This document shows positions 55,445 through 63,516 of a DNA stretch of 64,000 nt, one piece after another. Under the pieces are notes generated by a model that was given only the letters and a program-made list of their open reading frames with translations, searched no databases and was not told the origin of the DNA. This DNA comes from a virus (taxonomy: Duplodnaviria > Caudoviricetes). The translations under genes were made by a program, and so were the position numbers. The stretch is from the IMG/VR virus record IMGVR_UViG_3300005544_000001, positions 14,392 to 78,391 of that record; one strand, written 5' to 3'. Each line of letters opens with the position of its first letter. Positions within the stretch are counted from its first letter, which is position 1.

Positions 55445-56720
55445 GCGGAACCTCCTCCTCTTTTCCAAGCACCCGCCCGTCCTCGATAATGACGGACGTT
55501 TGGTCCCCGGTCGAAACGACCTCCAGCCAAATTTGCGCATCTGCCGCCTTCGCCATGTCCAGCAGCAGCTTCAAACTTTGCTCGTCCAGCAGCGAGCCAT
55601 CGCGAATCAGCAGCACGCGCAGCTTGGGATTGAGCGCGATGCCGATGGCGACACTGACCCGCAACTGTTCCGCGCTCGAACACTGCTCGAACGGAATCGC
55701 GTTGAGCGTCACCCCGCCGGCCGTGTCGAACGCCATGCCTTCGATCGGGAACTTCGCAGCCATGATCGCCTTCTTCTTCTTGGCGTCGATGTCCTCGATT
55801 TTGGACGTGAGCTTCTCCGCCTCCTCGGTCTTCGCCTTGAACAGTTTGACGACCGCCGCCCGGGCCGTGTTCTCGCGCACTTTCAGGTTGGTTCTTTCGG
55901 CCTCGGCAGCCTTGGTTCTGAACGGTGTCAGGTCCTCATCCTTCAGATTCTCGATCTTCTTTTCCGCACTCTGCAACGACAATCTAGCGTCATGAAGCGC
56001 CTGTGTTTGAGTCACTCGCTGAGCCTGTAATCGCTCAATCTGTTCGTCGGTTTCCAGCAGATCCGCCTGACGTGAGGCGAAAAAGTTCGCAGCGCCCTCG
56101 GCTTCGATGCGCAATAATTGATTGGCCTGATTCTTCTCCGATGCAAGTTGCTGGTCCGCCAGAATCTCGGCCGTGCTGGTCTCGGTCGTCGGCGCACCTG
56201 GGTGGCTGGGCATCCCGTTCATCCGCGCCTCGAGCGCCTTTGCCTCGCGGTTGACCGCCGTGCGCTCCTCGAACACCTTGTCGCGCTCCGCGTCCATCGC
56301 AGATGTATCGAGCCCCACCAGCGCCCGCAGTGTCTCTGCCTGTTGCTTTGGCTTCTGGCGCGCGAACTCCAGCGGATCAAACGTCAGCTTGCCCACCAAC
56401 TTGTCCAAAATCGCCTGGGGCGATGCCTGGCGAACACCGTCCGCATTGGTGACAACGAGCGCCGTCCCGCCGGCGGCCGTGAATGTCCGGCGCACAACGA
56501 TGTCGCCGAGATCCAGAACCACCTTTGCCTTATCCTCGCCTCGACGCACGGGCATTTTGTCGGTTGTATCGCCACCCAGCGCGTACTGAATCGAATCCAG
56601 CACGGATGACTTGCCCTGGCCGTTGCGTCCGCCAATGACAACGACATTGCCATCGGGTTTGATTTCGACGACGGACAGGCGTTTAACGTTTTCGGAGGAT
56701 AGCGCGATTATTTTGCTCAT
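55437..56720 (-). CDS. SMC/SbcC-like ABC ATPase with coiled coil
   Basis: ATG 56720; [14 protein letters not shown] signature, LIRDGSLLD. Confidence 0.88.
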   Translation of the reverse strand: MSKIIALSSENVKRLSVVEIKPDGNVVVIGGRNGQGKSSVLDSIQYALGGDTTDKMPVRRGEDKAKVVLDLGDIVVRRTFTAAGGTALVVTNADGVRQASPQAILDKLVGKLTFDPLEFARQKPKQQAETLRALVGLDTSAMDAERDKVFEERTAVNREAKALEARMNGMPSHPGAPTTETSTAEILADQQLASEKNQANQLLRIEAEGAANFFASRQADLLETDEQIERLQAQRVTQTQALHDARLSLQSAEKKIENLKDEDLTPFRTKAAEAERTNLKVRENTARAAVVKLFKAKTEEAEKLTSKIEDIDAKKKKAIMAAKFPIEGMAFDTAGGVTLNAIPFEQCSSAEQLRVSVAIGIALNPKLRVLLIRDGSLLDEQSLKLLLDMAKAADAQIWLEVVSTGDQTSVIIEDGRVLGKEEEVPRA

Positions 56721-56983
56721 TGTCTGTTCGGATCGATTGCACGCATGGTTGAAGTGAGTATTTCGCGCGCCACTGTGCCGCAGTCTGACGCCGCTTGACA
56801 ATCTTTTTCGAGCACCGGCGGAAGATTTCCCCATCGCAGGTGCCACTTTCCAGTAGGCAGGATTATCCGCGTCCAGCAATTCCAGCAGATTGTCTTCGGC
56901 GCGTCCCACCGGCCGGCGCCCCTGGGTAGCTGCCGCAGCTCGCCATCGGTCCCGGCGCATCCTGGCTGGTCGCATCTCTTCAT
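56717..56983 (-). CDS. Hypothetical Cys-containing protein
   Basis: ATG 56983; C...GC and CWNC. Confidence 0.45.
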   Translation of the reverse strand: MKRCDQPGCAGTDGELRQLPRGAGRWDAPKTICWNCWTRIILPTGKWHLRWGNLPPVLEKDCQAASDCGTVAREILTSTMRAIDPNRQ

Positions 56984-57066
56984 GCGCACAGAAGGATGAT
57001 CGCCGTCGCCAGAACGGCCACGACGATCCAGCCCCACCACAGGATTGTTTTCGTTTTGTCGGTCAC
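56980..57066 (-). CDS. 28-aa membrane peptide missing from the ORF track
   Basis: GTG 57066: MTDKTKTILWWGWIVVAVLATAIILLCA; overlaps both neighbours. Confidence 0.55.
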   Translation of the reverse strand: MTDKTKTILWWGWIVVAVLATAIILLCA

Positions 57067-57332
57067 GACTCGCTCCTCCCCAGTTTGGCCAGCGCCGATT
57101 CAAGCTCCTGCAGCGGCCTGAAGATCGGATGCGCACGCTTGTATGTGTCCAGAACTCCTTGGGCGGCCATCGCAACGACGGTCAGCGCGGGCAAATCAGT
57201 GCTGCGATCAATCGATTGCGCCACAATGGCGATCTGCGATGCCGGCCATTCCGCGAGTCCGCCAAGCTCACGCACAAGGGCATTTGCGGCATTCAACGCC
57301 GCTTCGGTTGGTTTGTTCATAATCGTTGGCAT
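57063..57332 (-). CDS. Hypothetical protein
   Basis: 89 aa, Ala-rich. Confidence 0.55.
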   Translation of the reverse strand: MPTIMNKPTEAALNAANALVRELGGLAEWPASQIAIVAQSIDRSTDLPALTVVAMAAQGVLDTYKRAHPIFRPLQELESALAKLGRSES

Positions 57333-57371
57333 TCAACACGCCTGCCAGTTTCCCGGCAGGCGGTTTGAACG

Positions 57372-57569
57372 TCAGGCGATCCGCTGCAATTCCATTCGCC
57401 GGGTCCACCAAGGTTCAAAAGCAAAAGGCACATCGATCCAACGCTCGCCGACGTTGGGCGGTCGCTGGTTGATGAACGTCTCGTGGATTGCGAACTGTGC
57501 CGGATGCTTTTCCAGAATGGCGCGCGCCTGCTCCGTTGCCGGGAAGTAAAGATCGGATTCGTGGCGCAA
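57372..57569 (-). CDS. Hypothetical protein
   Basis: 65 aa; overlaps the 3' part of 57415-57765, so one call may be wrong. Confidence 0.4.
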   Translation of the reverse strand: MRHESDLYFPATEQARAILEKHPAQFAIHETFINQRPPNVGERWIDVPFAFEPWWTRRMELQRIA

Positions 57570-57765
57570 GGTCAGACGGCAGGCAATCGCTTTGCTTCGC
57601 GGCCTCGGAAATGATTTTCTCGCGTAGCTGTTTCTCGAAACAATTGATCACCCATGCCGGGATCATTCCGAACGCAACGATCGCTTCCTCGCCTTTGTCG
57701 CAGAGCATCGAATAAAGGCCCGCGCCGATCTTGTCGGCGTCAACAATGAGTCCACCTGATTTCAT
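57415..57765 (-). CDS. Hypothetical protein
   Basis: ATGA overlap with upstream gene; C-terminal part doubtful. Confidence 0.45.
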   Translation of the reverse strand: MKSGGLIVDADKIGAGLYSMLCDKGEEAIVAFGMIPAWVINCFEKQLREKIISEAAKQSDCLPSDLAPRIRSLLPGNGAGARHSGKASGTVRNPRDVHQPATAQRRRALDRCAFCF

Positions 57766-58082
57766 GATTGCACCGCCTCTCCAACCGTCGCGCGTTCAAT
57801 GCGGTTCTCCTCGTCGTGCAAATCGTGGAGTTGCAGATCCTCCAGGTCGGCGACGAACAGGAAGCCAAACTGAGCCGTTTTGATGATGCAGCCGCCTCGC
57901 GTTTGTTCGCCAGGCTTGGCCGTGCGCGGATTCTCGGGCAGGCAGAACAATCCCCACAAGCCGCTCGTGGACGTGTAGGCCGTCTGGACGTAGCCAAGGC
58001 GATTCGCGATTCGTTCCGCGAATTCAATATCCTTGTCCGTCATTTCCAATTGCGTGATCGGCGGTGTCGTTTCCTTTTTCAT
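57762..58082 (-). CDS. Hypothetical protein
   Basis: ATG 58082 downstream of a promoter. Confidence 0.65.
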   Translation of the reverse strand: MKKETTPPITQLEMTDKDIEFAERIANRLGYVQTAYTSTSGLWGLFCLPENPRTAKPGEQTRGGCIIKTAQFGFLFVADLEDLQLHDLHDEENRIERATVGEAVQS

Positions 58083-58124
58083 TTTCGTGTTCCTATTGTT
58101 GGTTGTTGTCGTGACTGACGGCGA

Positions 58125-58157
58125 ATCGTCCGATCCGCCTGTTAAATTGTCAAGCGG
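58125..58157 (-). promoter_or_regulatory. Sigma70-like promoter
   Basis: CCGCTTGACA-17-GACGAT. Confidence 0.6.
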
Positions 58158-58449
58158 TAAATAAACGCCGTTCTGCGCGCCTTTGACGCTGATCGGCCAA
58201 TCGTTGATCGTGCCGCGCTTTCTTCTCCGCGCGCTTTGTTCGCGCCAGTTGATCGGCGCGACAACGCACAGCCCACCGATACACGTCCACCAGGTGAACA
58301 ACCTCGGCGCGCCTCGTGCGTTCCGGGCGCAACTCGATACGGCCGTCAGGATGCAACGTGACGACGATTCGCTTGTCACGGTCTGGACCGAACGATCCAT
58401 CGAGCCGCGAATCCGAACGGCGCGAGACTGGTTTGGTTAGCGCGGTCAC
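58150..58449 (-). CDS. Basic hypothetical protein
   Basis: GTG 58449 overlapping upstream stop. Confidence 0.6.
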   Translation of the reverse strand: MTALTKPVSRRSDSRLDGSFGPDRDKRIVVTLHPDGRIELRPERTRRAEVVHLVDVYRWAVRCRADQLARTKRAEKKARHDQRLADQRQRRAERRLFTA

Positions 58450-58880
58450 TTGGAAAATCCTTTCAATCCTTCGTTTGCCCATTTCGAGATAATGCCGACA
58501 CACTCAGGCGTCATCGGAATTCCCTTGTCCGCGTGTTCTGTTGCAGTCACGCGAATCGCGTTCAAGCAAGCGCGCATTCTCTCGATTTCGGCAGCCGGGT
58601 CCGCCCAACCTTCGGCTTCATGTTGTGCGGCTGTCTTTTGACCGCGAGTCGGTATCTCCACGTTGCGCATCGACGTTTCCGAACCAAGCCACACACGGCC
58701 GTTGTAGCTCACGTATCCAATCTGAACACCGTCGATGTTATACAGCTTGATGTTCGGAGTCTTTGAACCACCCAACCCGCAAGCGTCGCGTGCCTGCTCC
58801 ATCGCGACCGATGCCTGATCCGCTGTTACCTGAGTCAATCGGCGCCCGTTCCGAACGAAGAGAGTGGGAATGAGATTCAC
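58446..58880 (-). CDS. Hypothetical protein
   Basis: 144 aa; GYVSYNGRVW. Confidence 0.6.
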   Translation of the reverse strand: MNLIPTLFVRNGRRLTQVTADQASVAMEQARDACGLGGSKTPNIKLYNIDGVQIGYVSYNGRVWLGSETSMRNVEIPTRGQKTAAQHEAEGWADPAAEIERMRACLNAIRVTATEHADKGIPMTPECVGIISKWANEGLKGFSK

Positions 58881-59056
58881 GAAACCACCGCCTTTCCTTC
58901 AACCGTCGATTCCCAGTTGAAATCAACCAATTCACCGCCCTTGTTCGCATAGAGGAAATCATACGTCCGATCCAACACCGAACCCTTGACCTCCACGTAG
59001 TCCGCCAGCTCCATCGGAGTCTCAATCTCCAGCGAGAACGTGATTTTGTGTTTCAT
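58877..59056 (-). CDS. 59-aa protein missing from the ORF track
   Basis: ATG 59056: MKHKITFSLEIETPMELADYV...KAVVS; overlaps both neighbours. Confidence 0.6.
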   Translation of the reverse strand: MKHKITFSLEIETPMELADYVEVKGSVLDRTYDFLYANKGGELVDFNWESTVEGKAVVS

Positions 59057-59280
59057 CGCGCACCTGCCTTCAATGCTTCGAGCGTCTCGCGTGCCTCGTC
59101 CGCAGAGAATTCGTGATCCGTCAGAATGCAGAACGTGTTCGCATCGATCCGCCGTATCTCCTCCAACACGGGCATTAATGCGTATTCATCGGGATACTTG
59201 TGCCAATCGCCGGGTTTCAATTCTTCGCCCGCACACAGGTCAACGTAAAGACCCGTCTTCGCGTTTCGATAGATGTTCAT
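59053..59280 (-). CDS. Hypothetical protein
   Basis: ATG 59280; ends KAGAR. Confidence 0.6.
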   Translation of the reverse strand: MNIYRNAKTGLYVDLCAGEELKPGDWHKYPDEYALMPVLEEIRRIDANTFCILTDHEFSADEARETLEALKAGAR

Positions 59281-59295
59281 CGCGCACCTGCCTTC
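59053..59295. repeat. 19-bp direct repeat at two gene junctions
   Basis: TCATCGCGCACCTGCCTTC at 59053-59071 and 59277-59295. Confidence 0.85.
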
Positions 59296-59561
59296 CGTTG
59301 CGCCGCCCGCGCCTGTTCCAGATAACGCACGGCAGTCTGGACGATGCAATGATCTTCGGGATACTCGCGCCGAAATCCGATCAGCTTCAGGTCCAGATAG
59401 GATTCAAACTCGCGGGCCAACGCCAGCAACTCAGGCGCGGCAGCAATCAACGGCGCATTGGCCTTGTCGTACGCCACCGCGATATTTTCCCCGGTCGTTT
59501 CGTCAACGATTAAGCCTTGGTGATTCCCCATACTGGCTACATGCCAAACGTGTGTCGTCAT
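59277..59561 (-). CDS. Conserved small phage protein (ANA.LIAAAPELL family)
   Basis: ATG 59561 likely; ANAPLIAAAPELL; ends KAGAR. Confidence 0.65.
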   Translation of the reverse strand: MTTHVWHVASMGNHQGLIVDETTGENIAVAYDKANAPLIAAAPELLALAREFESYLDLKLIGFRREYPEDHCIVQTAVRYLEQARAAQRKAGAR

Positions 59562-59673
59562 TGTCGTGGTTCCTAATCCAACTGCGCGGCTCGGCCGAAA
59601 CGAGGATGATGAAGCGACGTTCGAGCCAATGCCCGCGCAGTCGGAAAGTGTGTTCGGTCGCTTCATCGCGAAC

Positions 59674-59747
59674 ACAATCGCACAACCACCCGAAGATTGT
59701 CAAGCGGTATTTGTCAAGTTGACTCGCACGTCCCAAACTTCCATCGT
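59674..59747. promoter_or_regulatory. Back-to-back promoters
   Basis: Minus: CCGCTTGACA-18-GATTGT. Plus: TTGACT-17-CATCGT-5-ATG 59753. Confidence 0.55.
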
Positions 59748-59752
59748 CCGAC

Positions 59753-60128
59753 ATGCAAGACATCTTCCTCGAACCCCAAACGCACGGCACCGTTTACGGA
59801 CTATTCGCGTCCGATGAACCGATCCAAATCCGTTACGTCGGCCAAACAGTAACCGAACCACTCGCCAGATTGCGCTGATTGGTTCACCGAAGTTCACGCC
59901 AGAGGCGCCAGAGTCGGAATGCGCATCCTCGGCAAGTATCCGCTCATCGACCTGTCGCGCGCCGAGAACCAATGGATCGGACAATGCCTCCAATCCCGAA
60001 GCCTCCTCAATTCGTTCATCCCGGCCGGATTGCGAACCACCGCGCCGAAAGACCGATTCGGAGGTTGGAGCATCCGCAACCGCACAGTCGGACTCCAACG
60101 AAGGATCGAAATAGCGGTGATGGGGTGA
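59753..60128 (+). pseudogene. Frameshifted GIY-YIG endonuclease relic
   Basis: MQDIF...TVYGLFASDEPIQIRYVGQT...ARLR stops at 59876-59878; another frame continues DWFTEV...RAENQWI...LLN. Confidence 0.65.
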
Positions 60129-60406
60129 CGTTACGTCGCTGAGTCTTGCAGGACGCACGATTGGGTGTATTTACCCAATTCCGGGCCAGTTGGGTGTATT
60201 CACCCACCTACAATCCGGTTGCGTATCGGTCCCATACGCAGCAATCGTTGCCGTTGCAGCGATTTCCGTCGATTCCGGCCAGATTTCGGCCTGGCGGCTC
60301 GATTCCAGGACGACCGCCACCCCATAGCGGGGGTTCCCCGGGGGTGTCGAAGACGGATACGTATGTCCCCATGCGACCCTCAATTGGATTTTGAAAAGGG
60401 TGGTGG

Positions 60407-60426
60407 AATGTTCCACAAGGAACATT
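60407..60426. promoter_or_regulatory. parS-like inverted repeat
   Basis: AATGTTCC ACAA GGAACATT; core TGTTCCACAAGGAACA matches the parS-type palindrome TGTTCCACGTGGAACA at 14 of 16 positions. Confidence 0.45.
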
Positions 60427-60705
60427 TTGGGGAGGTTTTGTGGAGTTAGCTGGGTTTGAGGGGTTGGGCTGCAGCGGGCGTGGAGCGGAGGGTGTGGAGT
60501 TGGAGGAGGGTGAACTGATCGAGGGAGGTGAGGTTTGGGCGCTTCGCTATGGCCGATTACGGCAGTGGTGCGCCTCGCCTATGGCTCGCCTGTGTAGATC
60601 CCTCTTGTATGTGTATATGTATAGGTTTACGGGTCGATTACTTTTTGCGATTTAGTAATCCTTTGAGGTTGACCGGTTGGGCGAGGTTTGGGAAGATTTT
60701 GGCCG

Positions 60706-61167
60706 ATGAATTTCAAGACGTGGGCGCCGCTGTGGTCTGGGATTGTGGACTCGTCGGTGTGGGATGAGCCGGATCATGTGGTGAAGGTATTTTTGACGAT
60801 GCTGGCGTTGAAGGACGCGGATCATGTGGTGAGGATGACGGCGTATCAGATTGGACGGCGGTCCAGGAAGACTGAGGCGGAGGTGTTGGATGCGCTTAAA
60901 GTTTTGAGTTCGCCGGACAGTAAGAGGCTCGAGCCGCAGCCGTTTGATGGGCGCCGGATAGAGGCTGTTGAGGAAGGGTGGCTTGTTTTGAATGGGGCGA
61001 AGTACCGGGAGATGGTGTCATTGGAGATGAGGCGGGCGAAGAATCGGCGGGCGCAGGCGAAGTTTCGGGAGAAGGAAAAGACGAAAAAGGCGAAGGCACC
61101 GTTTATTGCGCCGGTGTCGCGCGCCCAGGCGGAGGAAATCGGTCAGGCGTCGGCAGAAGGGAATTGA
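60706..61167 (+). CDS. Replication-initiator N-terminal-domain-like protein
   Basis: ATG 60706; WAPLWSGIVDSSVW...VFLTMLALKDAD...EGWLVLNGAKYRE; preceded by TTGACC-17-GAAGAT. Confidence 0.65.
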   Translation: MNFKTWAPLWSGIVDSSVWDEPDHVVKVFLTMLALKDADHVVRMTAYQIGRRSRKTEAEVLDALKVLSSPDSKRLEPQPFDGRRIEAVEEGWLVLNGAKYREMVSLEMRRAKNRRAQAKFREKEKTKKAKAPFIAPVSRAQAEEIGQASAEGN

Positions 61168-61340
61168 GCAGGCCGGGCGCTACGCCGGCTGCATCCTCCC
61201 AAAGTTGCACCGTGTGGCCTTTCGGCTTGCAGGATGGAGGGTGCGGATTGCCTTGCGGTGCTCTCTGCCCGTCTGCTTTCCGGGCTGCTGCTCAAAATTG
61301 GACGGAGGCCCGGCGCTCCCAGGGCAGATGGGCAGGGGGC
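61165..61340 (+). ncRNA. Putative structured RNA with crossing helices
   Basis: Helices 61165-61171/61288-61294, 61191-61199/61236-61244 and a 16-bp helix 61261-61276/61324-61339; G-U pairs fit only the + strand. Confidence 0.5.
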
Positions 61341-61503
61341 TGGCGTGTTACTCCGTCGATCCCGATGCGACGACGGACTCCGGTACGGCTGAAAATGGGG
61401 CCGGTTCGATGTAAAACGACGGCACGCATTACCCAGCGTGTTGACCCGTCGCCCACTAAATCGCGGATGCACCGGCAAGCACCATGTCTCGTTTTTAGGA
61501 AAA

Positions 61504-61633
61504 TGGTGGACAGGCCCGGAGTCGAACCGGGGCGCCAGATCCTCTGGTAGCGATCCAGAGGTGGCTGCAACAGCATCAGAGCAACCCATGGAGCCTGATG
61601 CCATTGCCTCGTTTTCCAAACGCTGACCTGCCC
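61504..61633 (-). ncRNA. 130-nt tRNA/tmRNA-like RNA with alanine identity elements
   Basis: Acceptor GGGCAGG/CCUGUCC with G3-U70, A73 and encoded CCA; T-arm CCCGG-UUCGACU-CCGGG; no canonical anticodon arm. Confidence 0.75.
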
Positions 61634-62053
61634 GTGAAATCTCCCGTCTGGCGGTTATCCGCCTCGCAGGCCTGACGGGGAGCCTGAATGCCGCCGTGGG
61701 ATCTGCACTGCCCGTGGCGGGCTTGGTCTTTTTGTTGGGCGACCGTGTTAACTGCTGACGATCCGACGCGCTTTTGGGTTCAGGTGCAGCCTGCATCACC
61801 GGAGTCCCGCGACCCTCCCCGGCTCCATTATCTTGACCGTCAGCCCGTTCGCCCTGGTTTGATAAGATGAATTCTTCCGACAATCCGAAAGGAGGTGGGG
61901 ATGGGGAATCCCGCTGAAGTCGAAGATGCCGGAAGAAAATGGCCCCAGTCGCGTTTTTAACCGCCACGCCTGTTCCTGCTATCGCTTGCCTGGACTCCGC
62001 GGCCGCGGCTGCCAGGTAGTTCGACGCCTCAGAACTTCGACCGGGGATCAAAT

Positions 62054-62248
62054 TCACAGATGCCTCCAGTATTGGAACGTGCGGTATTTCAGCCGATCAC
62101 GCGTGGCATCCTTAATAAATCGCTTCGTGAAAAACCTTGCCGATCTTGCATCCGAACAGGGTTTTGCAGTGGTTCCGTTGTAAACTAAGACGGTTCCAGA
62201 TGGCAAATTCACGAGGGAAAACCAGCCGTCCTTTGCATGGCGAACCAT
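62054..62248 (-). CDS. Hypothetical basic protein
   Basis: ATG 62248; weak support. Confidence 0.35.
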   Translation of the reverse strand: MVRHAKDGWFSLVNLPSGTVLVYNGTTAKPCSDARSARFFTKRFIKDATRDRLKYRTFQYWRHL

Positions 62249-62409
62249 GAATTGCACGCCACGGAAGGTTTCCGAAGGAAGCTCCGTCCGCGGGAAAGAG
62301 TTTTCGGAGGATTGTGCGTCGCCCTGGATCTTTTCAGATCCTCCGCGGACGGAAAGTGTACTCACAAGGGAACGCACGCGGGACGATTACTCCACGATCC
62401 GGCTGTCCG

Positions 62410-62655
62410 TCAAGTGGAAATATCGGGCGGCAGTCCCCATTGTGAGGTATAGCGGCGGACCGCATTGCTCACAGTTCCATCGCTCCCAACATCCTGGTCC
62501 CACATATCCACCTCGATCTTGCGCCTGTAATCCTTCCGTCCGTCGCACGGGCAGGTGCATTTTGAGCCGCCGTACTGGCCCTCCGGACAGTGGATCGTGC
62601 GCTCGCAGTTCTGGTGCTGGTCGTTCTGGCAGTGGACGCAGAGGTAGAGTCTCAT
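62410..62655 (-). CDS. Cys-rich hypothetical protein
   Basis: ATG 62655; CVHC...HQNC...CTCPC. Confidence 0.55.
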   Translation of the reverse strand: MRLYLCVHCQNDQHQNCERTIHCPEGQYGGSKCTCPCDGRKDYRRKIEVDMWDQDVGSDGTVSNAVRRYTSQWGLPPDIST

Positions 62656-63089
62656 GGGTTGGTAATCCTCCTTGCCAGCGAGGCGACGAAATCCCAGCGC
62701 GGCGGCATAGCTTCGCGGACTCGAGGCGCCTTCGTGATTTTCATGCACCCGTCGCGGAACTCGATGAGCCCGTCGTCGCGCGCGAGCATCTTTGGGCGAA
62801 CTAGGTTCCAGGGCGTGACGAAATAGAACTCGTTGGACACTGCGTAGGCCATCCAGCGTTTGTCTGGGTTGCGCAACTCGACCATCAGGTCTTCGGTCGA
62901 GACTTTGATTTCAAAACTGCGTCGTAGATTTTGAACCTTTCCACCCCATGCGTTGATCGCCCAGGCGTCCAAACGCTGTTCCTTGAGCGTGCCCCAACCG
63001 GTGCCCAACCGTAGTTCGGGGATGAAGATCCAGCCATCGGAGGCGTGCATCTTGCGCAGTTCGGAGAGTAACAGTGAGGAGTCCATCAA
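62652..63089 (-). CDS. MmcB-like PD-(D/E)XK protein
   Basis: PELRLGTG, RLDAWAI, FEIKVSTED, NEFYFVTP. Confidence 0.75.
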   Translation of the reverse strand: MMDSSLLLSELRKMHASDGWIFIPELRLGTGWGTLKEQRLDAWAINAWGGKVQNLRRSFEIKVSTEDLMVELRNPDKRWMAYAVSNEFYFVTPWNLVRPKMLARDDGLIEFRDGCMKITKAPRVREAMPPRWDFVASLARRITNP

Positions 63090-63358
63090 TTCCTGGGCTG
63101 TAGTGGATGCGGATGTTTTAGGTCCGGAAGGTCCGGAGCGTCTCCGTCGTGTTTTAGCATCAACTCCAGCTCACTCGCGGCCCCGTCGCAGTAATCACTG
63201 AGCACTTTATTGCCAGACGCCAACCACGCCGCACCACAGTTTCTCAGAACCTTGATTCGTTTCTGGATGCTGGGAACCTTCAAGACCAATACGTCGAGCG
63301 ACGTATCTCTGGCGGGGAACTCGTGTTTTTCGTTCATACTTTCTGTTTCTTCAACCAC
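63086..63358 (-). CDS. Hypothetical protein
   Basis: About 83-90 aa; start uncertain. Confidence 0.5.
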   Translation of the reverse strand: MVEETESMNEKHEFPARDTSLDVLVLKVPSIQKRIKVLRNCGAAWLASGNKVLSDYCDGAASELELMLKHDGDAPDLPDLKHPHPLQPRN

Positions 63359-63516
63359 GCAAGCGCCGCAGGGACGTCAGATTCGTAGATGTCGAGGAGT
63401 TTGATGCAGTTGTCGCTGATCGTGTTCGAGTCGCCAAGCAACCTCATTCCTTGGCCTTCGTCCAGGCCGAGACGTTTGAACTGCGCAAGGAGCGCCTGCA
63501 TGTCGGCGTTGCTCAT
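63334..63516 (-). CDS. Hypothetical protein
   Basis: 60 aa; ATG. Confidence 0.55.
   Translation of the reverse strand: MSNADMQALLAQFKRLGLDEGQGMRLLGDSNTISDNCIKLLDIYESDVPAALAWLKKQKV

Noticed and set aside
60430-60560. Second GGY-NN array in the G-rich tract
   Set aside because: No stable 5-nt period; it is only purine-skewed.
61504-61633. Standard tRNA-Ala or full tmRNA
   Set aside because: No 5-bp stem with 7-nt anticodon loop; too short for a tmRNA and no tag reading frame seen.
61143-62057. 304-aa minus-strand ORF
   Set aside because: Low-complexity Ala/Arg/Pro/Ser translation with no motif, overlapping structured RNA elements.
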